A DNA stretch of 64,000 nt. It comes from Candidatus Micrarchaeota archaeon. Its GTDB lineage: Archaea; Micrarchaeota; Micrarchaeia; Anstonellales; JAHKLY01. The stretch covers positions 1 to 64,000 of the forward strand of contig JAHKLY010000001.1 in NCBI GenBank assembly GCA_020854825.1. Reading direction: 5' to 3'. A program made the position numbers and the translations under genes. Numbering within the stretch: position 1 is the first letter of the stretch; each line of letters starts with the position of its first letter. The notes under the pieces were generated by a model. It was not told the DNA's origin, made no database searches, and was given only the letters and a program-made list of their open reading frames with translations. Positions 58,904 to 64,000 of this stretch are shown in pieces.

Positions 58904-59127
58904 CTTCTTTTATTTTTTCCTCTCCTTATTTTTGGTTCTGTTTGTTTCTTATTTAATGTTGAACCGACTTTAAGGCTGTTTCTTCTCCAATGTCTTCTTT
59001 CCTTATTCTGTACTACTTTTCTATTTGTTTTTGCTACTACCCATACAGGCATTCTCCTATTCTGCTTTTTTGCTTTTACAAGAATGTCTTTTTCATCTTT
59101 ATTTTTTATACTTCCCATAAATATCAC
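58900..59127 (-). CDS. rpl39e: 50S ribosomal protein L39e
   Basis: [14 protein letters not shown]...RRHWRR. Confidence 0.95.
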   Translation of the reverse strand: MIFMGSIKNKDEKDILVKAKKQNRRMPVWVVAKTNRKVVQNKERRHWRRNSLKVGSTLNKKQTEPKIRRGKNKRR

Positions 59128-59384
59128 CTTTTTATTTCAAACTTGGGTTCATAATTACTTCTTAAAGACTGCAATATTTCAATTATTTCATCTTCTTTTA
59201 ATCTTTTTTTAATTTCATTTATGTTTTGTAATAACAAAGCTACTGTTGAAAAATATAACTTTTCATTGCTTAGTCTTACATTCATAAGTCTTTCATATGC
59301 TTTAGGTTCTAATATTCTATTTATCTTTACTTTTATTTGTTGCTCTTTTCTTATCTTTTCTTGCAGTTTCTCTTTATCTATCAT
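59124..59384 (-). CDS. PDCD5-like DNA-binding protein
   Basis: [15 protein letters not shown]; operon position after rps19e. Confidence 0.85.
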   Translation of the reverse strand: MIDKEKLQEKIRKEQQIKVKINRILEPKAYERLMNVRLSNEKLYFSTVALLLQNINEIKKRLKEDEIIEILQSLRSNYEPKFEIKR

Positions 59385-59800
59385 TATTGTCCCTCTGCAA
59401 CCTGTTTTGCAATATTATCTAGGAATTTTTTCCCTTTACCTGTTATAACTCTGCCTGTTTTTGCTTTTTTTATAAATCCTTGTTTTTCTAATTCTTGTAG
59501 TCCTCTCCTAATTATTGCTCCGCCTGCATCATAATGTTTTGAAGGTCTTCTACCTCTATTTTTTTTTCCTCCATAGTGAGTTCTCAATCTATTAACACCT
59601 ACTGAAGGAGTAGTATATGCCTGTCTCAACAAAGATGCCATTCTAATATACCAAAAGTTTGGTTGATCTGGTCTCCTTTCAACATGAGCTCCAGATTTAA
59701 CATATTTAATAAATTCTGGTCTTTCTATGCCCATCTTTTCCAATTCGTCTGCTGCTTGTTCTATAAGCTTTCCTGGTTGTACATCAAATACAGTTACCAT
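59384..59800 (-). CDS. rps19e: 30S ribosomal protein S19e
   Basis: VKSGAHVERRP, WYIRMASLLR, YGGKKNRG, LQELE. Confidence 0.97.
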   Translation of the reverse strand: MVTVFDVQPGKLIEQAADELEKMGIERPEFIKYVKSGAHVERRPDQPNFWYIRMASLLRQAYTTPSVGVNRLRTHYGGKKNRGRRPSKHYDAGGAIIRRGLQELEKQGFIKKAKTGRVITGKGKKFLDNIAKQVAEGQ

Positions 59801-59936
59801 TCATTTCACCTCATTTCCATTATCTTCTAAGAAACTCAAAATCAGCTGGAAAATCTCAACTGGAAATTGCTTTGTGGATTAAACTCCTAACCACTAACTT
59901 TGCCTGGAATGTATATTCTTATTAAAAGAAGGATAT

Positions 59937-60224
59937 TTAAAGCTTTCTTTCTGTGTCACAAGCTTTGCAAATATAAATATCTGGTAGTTTTGCGCATTTT
60001 TTAATTTCTAGCGTTTTTCCTTTTATCCATAAAGTATGGCATTTCTTACAAAATAGCTTTTTTTGCTCCTTTGTTAAGCGCAAATTAACTTTTGTTCTTA
60101 TTTTATCAACTAATTCTAAATATCGTTTAGATCTTTCAGGATGTTTATCAAACTCCTCTTGCGCTAACTTAAATAGAATTTCAATCCTTTCCTGCGCTAT
60201 TTTTTGTTTATTCATTTTTATCAC
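59937..60224 (-). CDS. rnp4: RNase P protein component 4 (Rpp21)
   Basis: IAQERIEILF, FCKKC...CKAC. Confidence 0.92.
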   Translation of the reverse strand: MIKMNKQKIAQERIEILFKLAQEEFDKHPERSKRYLELVDKIRTKVNLRLTKEQKKLFCKKCHTLWIKGKTLEIKKCAKLPDIYICKACDTERKL

Positions 60225-60234
60225 AAATAGAAAA

Positions 60235-60466
60235 TGGGCCAGGGGAGATTTGTTCTACCTGTTTCTTTCTTTTTGGTTGAGATTTTTCTTTCTTTTTAAA
60301 GAAAGAAAAAGGTCATTGAACTCCCGGCCACCGGTTAGCTTAGAGCTATATAATGCCCACAAATTAATGTGCAAACATCATAGGTCATATAAGACCGGCG
60401 CTCCAACCATTTTAGGTCTTGGTTGAAATAATATTTTCAACACAAAGCTGACTAAGCTACTGGCCC
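60235..60466 (-). tRNA. tRNA-Ile(UAU) with three introns: D-loop 60410-60449, anticodon 37/38 60337-60387, T-loop 58/59 60250-60315
   Basis: Spliced 75-nt product GGGCCAGTAGCTTAGTC|TGGTTGGAGCGCCGGTCTTATA|AACCGGTGGCCGGGAGTTCAA|ATCTCCCCTGGCCCA folds as a cloverleaf; BHB helices TTAG/CTAA, CTTA/TAAG and GTTC/GAAC. Confidence 0.92.
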
Positions 60467-60564
60467 ATAAATAATTTTTGTACTAATATTGTTATTGCAC
60501 ATCTTTAAAAAGATTTTTACTGCTTAGAAACTCTTTTAAAAGGGATTAATTAAATAATAATTGT

Positions 60565-61893
60565 ATGGTAGACTTAGGAAAAGGACTTAGAAACGCATTA
60601 GCTAAAATAACAGGCGCATCAATAGTTGATGAAAAAGCAGTTAAAGAACTAGTAAAAGAACTACAAAGAGTCCTTATTTCAAATGATGTAAATGTAAAAC
60701 TTGTTTTTGAATTAACAAAAGAAATTGAAAAAAAAGCATTGGATGCAGAACTTTTAAAAGGACTTTCAATGCGTGAACATGTTGTAAAAGTAGTTTATGA
60801 AGAATTAGCAAATTTATTAGGTAAAGATTACAAACCAGAATTAAAAAAACAAAGAATAATGGTACAAGGATTATTTGGTAGTGGAAAAACCACTTCAGTC
60901 GGTAAAATGGCATTATTTTATAAGAAAAAAGGTTTATCAACTGCGTTAATTGCATGTGATGTAGAAAGACCTGCAGCTTATGAACAATTAGAACAATTAT
61001 CTAAACAAGTTAATTGCGCATTTTATGGAATTAAAGGAGAAACAGATGTTAAAAAAATAATTAAATATGCGTTAGAAAAAACAAAAGAAGATATTTTAAT
61101 TTTAGACTCAGCAGGAAGAAGTGCATTTGATGAAAGACTAACTGAAGAACTTAAAAAAATAGTTGATGCATATAATCCAGATAAAAAATTCTTAGTTATA
61201 TCCGCAGATATAGGTCAAGTTGCTGGAAAACAAGCTGAACAATTTAATAATTCAGTAGGAATAGACGGAGTAATAATAACAAAAATGGATGGTAGTGCAA
61301 AAGGAGGCGGTGCATTAAGTGCAGTCTCAGTTTCAAATTCTAATATAGCATTTATAGGATATGGAGAAAAAATGGAAGATTTAGAACCTTTTGATTCTAA
61401 AAAATTCGTTGGCAGACTTTTAGGTTTCCCAGATTTAGAAACATTAATGGAAAAAGCAAAAACAATTGCTGAAGAACAACAAATGGATCCTGAAAAATTA
61501 CTGGAACAGGAATTAACTTTGAAAACATTTTATGAACAATTAAAAGCAGCAAAAAAAATGGGTCCCTTAGGAAAAGTATTAGGTATGATGGGTGCACCTG
61601 ATGTACCAAAAGAATTTGTTGAACAAAGTGAAGGTAAAATGAAAAAATATGAATCTGTTATTAATTCCTTAACAGAAGAAGAAAAAAACGACTATAATTT
61701 ATTGAAAAAAAGTAGTACAAGAATACAAAGAATATCAAAAGGAGCGGGTGTTTCTGTTGAAGATGTTAAAACTCTGTTAAGAGAATTTGAAAAAGCAAAA
61801 AAAATGATGAACCTGTTTAAGAAAAATCGTGGTATGCGCGGAAAAATAGAAAAAATGATGAAATCAGGCAATTTCAAACTACCTGGAATGTAA
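60565..61893 (+). CDS. srp54: Signal recognition particle protein Srp54
   Basis: GLFGSGKTT, DVERPAA, DSAGR, TKMDGSAKGGG, Met-rich M domain RIQRISKGAG. Confidence 0.97.
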   Translation: MVDLGKGLRNALAKITGASIVDEKAVKELVKELQRVLISNDVNVKLVFELTKEIEKKALDAELLKGLSMREHVVKVVYEELANLLGKDYKPELKKQRIMVQGLFGSGKTTSVGKMALFYKKKGLSTALIACDVERPAAYEQLEQLSKQVNCAFYGIKGETDVKKIIKYALEKTKEDILILDSAGRSAFDERLTEELKKIVDAYNPDKKFLVISADIGQVAGKQAEQFNNSVGIDGVIITKMDGSAKGGGALSAVSVSNSNIAFIGYGEKMEDLEPFDSKKFVGRLLGFPDLETLMEKAKTIAEEQQMDPEKLLEQELTLKTFYEQLKAAKKMGPLGKVLGMMGAPDVPKEFVEQSEGKMKKYESVINSLTEEEKNDYNLLKKSSTRIQRISKGAGVSVEDVKTLLREFEKAKKMMNLFKKNRGMRGKIEKMMKSGNFKLPGM

Positions 61894-61917
61894 AATAAAA
61901 AAAATTAGGAGAAGAAA

Positions 61918-62658
61918 TTATCTTTTTCTTCTTGCGCTTTCTTTTTCAATTAATTCAGATAAAGTTTCTTTTCTTATAAATCTTCTTCCACCAATTTTCT
62001 CATGTGGAATTCTTCCTCTATCCAATCTTCTTTCAAATGCATTTCTTTTAATTTTTAACCCATTTTTAGATAATTCCTTTATTGAACCTGCAACATCATA
62101 ATAATTATCTGCTACATGTGTTAAGCTATCTATTGCATCTCTTGGAATCCATCTTTGAGTTCCTATTTTTACTGAAGGAATTGATCTTTTTTCTACTCTG
62201 CCTATAAATGCTCTAAAGTTAATATTTTCGTGTTTTTTTAAAGTAGTATATGCTTGTCTTACTGTATAAAATTTGTTGTATAACTGAACCCAGTCTTGTA
62301 AAACTAATGAAGGGATGTATCTTTTTCTGCCAACTTTTACAGAATATAAACTTTTTCTTTCAATTCTGCCACCAAATGCCCTAAATGAAATTTCAACACC
62401 ACTTTTTTTAACTTTATCAAATGCTTCTTCTAAAGTGTATAATCCTAATCCTTTTAATTTTCTTTTTTCTGCTCTTCTTTGTTTTTGTAAATCTTGTGCA
62501 GTTTTAACAACTGTTGCTACATTTAAATATAATTCTTTTTCTCTATCTTTTCTTTCTTTTTTTATTTTTGCAGGTTTGATTCGCTTAAGTTTTTCAACTT
62601 CTAAATCTTTTTTCATTTTTTTTAATTCAATTACTTTTTTACGTGGCATAAATTTCAC
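61918..62658 (-). CDS. Protein with three tandem excisionase/MerR-like (HTH_17) domains
   Basis: YTLEEA...SVKVGRKRYIP; YTVRQA...SVKIGTQRWIP; YDVAGS...HEKIGGRRFI. Confidence 0.85.
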   Translation of the reverse strand: MKFMPRKKVIELKKMKKDLEVEKLKRIKPAKIKKERKDREKELYLNVATVVKTAQDLQKQRRAEKRKLKGLGLYTLEEAFDKVKKSGVEISFRAFGGRIERKSLYSVKVGRKRYIPSLVLQDWVQLYNKFYTVRQAYTTLKKHENINFRAFIGRVEKRSIPSVKIGTQRWIPRDAIDSLTHVADNYYDVAGSIKELSKNGLKIKRNAFERRLDRGRIPHEKIGGRRFIRKETLSELIEKESARRKR

Positions 62659-62676
62659 CCCTAATACACAATATTA

Positions 62677-63612
62677 TTGTATCACACACTCTTTTTAATA
62701 CTTTGTATTTCTTCAGTATACTTTATATATCTTTCTGCTAACTATTCTAATATGATAGACTTATTCTATACAAATTTAACAATGAACTATGAAATCCTAA
62801 GAATATTATTTGCAGTAATTGGAACATCTATATCTGCATATTTTGATATTTTTAATAAAAAAAACATACCTGATTTAGTACTTTATATCTTTCTTGTATT
62901 ATCTTTAATAATTGTTTTTATTGATTTCAATCTAACATTAATAATATATTCAATTGGATGTGCGCTTATTGTTGGTATAATAGGTTATTTATTTTATAAA
63001 GCAGGACAAATAGGGGGAGCTGATGTTTTTATATTGTGCTCTTTAGCATTATTGTTGCCCGTACAACCAAAACTATTTGGGAATACTAGTAATATCAATT
63101 TACCCTTCATTTTTTCAATAATTTCAGTAGCAGGATTTGTATTTATCATATATGTACTGTTTAAGTACACGCCTATGGTTCTTAAAAGAAAAGAAAAAAT
63201 TGAATTAAAAAGAATAATTTATTCTTTACCGCTTATTTGTATTTTTTTAATATTTATATTGCTGTCAAAGAAGATAGATTTACCTGCAATATATTTAATT
63301 TTGATTGGTTTTTTAATTTGTGTTTCTATATATTTTTCAATATTTAAAGAACGTTTTATGAAAACATTAATAGAAAAAATACCTTTAAATAAAATAGAAA
63401 ACGAAGATGTTATTGCAATTGAGTATATGAATAAGAAAATTGTTGAAAAATACAATATACCTAGGGTAGTCTCTAGTTCTGATTTAAAAAGATTAAAAAA
63501 CGCAAAAATTTCAAAATATCCTGTTTATACTAAATTGCCTATGTTTGTCCCATTTATATTAATTGGATTGTTATTTTCATTATATTTTGGAAGCCTTTTA
63601 TTCTTATTTTAA
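62677..63612 (+). CDS. Prepilin/preflagellin peptidase (A24 family)
   Basis: AYFD and GGAD catalytic aspartates, C-terminal LPMFVPFIL; likely start ATG 62782. Confidence 0.88.
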   Translation: MYHTLFLILCISSVYFIYLSANYSNMIDLFYTNLTMNYEILRILFAVIGTSISAYFDIFNKKNIPDLVLYIFLVLSLIIVFIDFNLTLIIYSIGCALIVGIIGYLFYKAGQIGGADVFILCSLALLLPVQPKLFGNTSNINLPFIFSIISVAGFVFIIYVLFKYTPMVLKRKEKIELKRIIYSLPLICIFLIFILLSKKIDLPAIYLILIGFLICVSIYFSIFKERFMKTLIEKIPLNKIENEDVIAIEYMNKKIVEKYNIPRVVSSSDLKRLKNAKISKYPVYTKLPMFVPFILIGLLFSLYFGSLLFLF

Positions 63613-64000
63613 ATAAATAAAAACCCTAATATCAAACCTATAATTGCACAAATAATATTGGTTGTCATTTTTGTTCCTATGCCTTTTTCTTCAAAAACCC
63701 CAAATATGGAATCAACAACAGATCCCGAAAATCCAATCCCCCCTATTAAAAGAACACTCCATAAGTTATATTCTTCAAAAAACAATAATGCAGACATACC
63801 TATCAATAGTGCTCCTACTAAAGACATCCATGTTCCAAATAAACTAATTGCTCCGCTTGTTCCTCGTTTTGTTTTCTTAAAATCTCTAAGATCTATTGGA
63901 TCCTCTCCTAAAATTCCTAATTCAGATGCAAATTTATCAGACATTACTGCTGCTACTGCACCTATAAATGCTCCGGGAGAAATTAAAGCTCCAATTAAAG
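63609..64000 (-). CDS. DUF92 (TMEM19) membrane protein, 5' end outside the window
   Basis: SDKFASELG, GTSGAISLFG, GSVVDS.FG, TN; frame stays open to the window edge. Confidence 0.88.
   Translation of the reverse strand, partial: LIGALISPGAFIGAVAAVMSDKFASELGILGEDPIDLRDFKKTKRGTSGAISLFGTWMSLVGALLIGMSALLFFEEYNLWSVLLIGGIGFSGSVVDSIFGVFEEKGIGTKMTTNIICAIIGLILGFLFI

Noticed and set aside
59840-59910. Mini-ORB elements (TTCCAG repeats)
   Set aside because: Only 6-7 nt match, no G-string, no AT-rich unwinding element and no initiator gene nearby
60337-60387. Box C/D guide RNA inside the tRNA-Ile anticodon intron
   Set aside because: ATGATGT resembles box C, but there is no CTGA box D and the segment folds as a simple hairpin

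Overview
AT-rich, gene-dense archaeal chromosome segment, most consistent with a DPANN archaeon and probably Micrarchaeota-like. This is an inference from archaeal ribosomal and translation genes, GGGP synthase, scpAB, a Tad-like type IV pilus locus and multi-intron tRNAs. Most of the window is housekeeping: hisS, trpS, trm1, rps8e, cgi121, EF-1beta, pth2, the rps19e-to-ftsY operon, srp54, iscS/iscU, rad50, endoQ, apgM and apt. Features missed by the ORF track are a DUF333+papain (C1A) protease gene at the left edge with a GC-rich catalytic core, a decayed tyrosine-recombinase fragment, a small Zn-ribbon gene and three tRNA genes. The most striking observations are: (1) a tRNA-Ile with UAU anticodon split by three BHB-type introns; (2) a shared palindromic REP/MITE-like element inside two different tRNA introns; (3) an array of 24-bp palindromes arranged as pairs with exact 32-bp periodicity directly upstream of scpA-scpB; (4) a duplicated two-gene helical-repeat cassette linked to large orphan genes; (5) a GNAT+ASCH pair next to a RelE-type TA module; (6) an ArcE-like arginine synthetase and a DHS-like plus decarboxylase operon. 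All product calls come from motif recognition by eye; no database searches were run.
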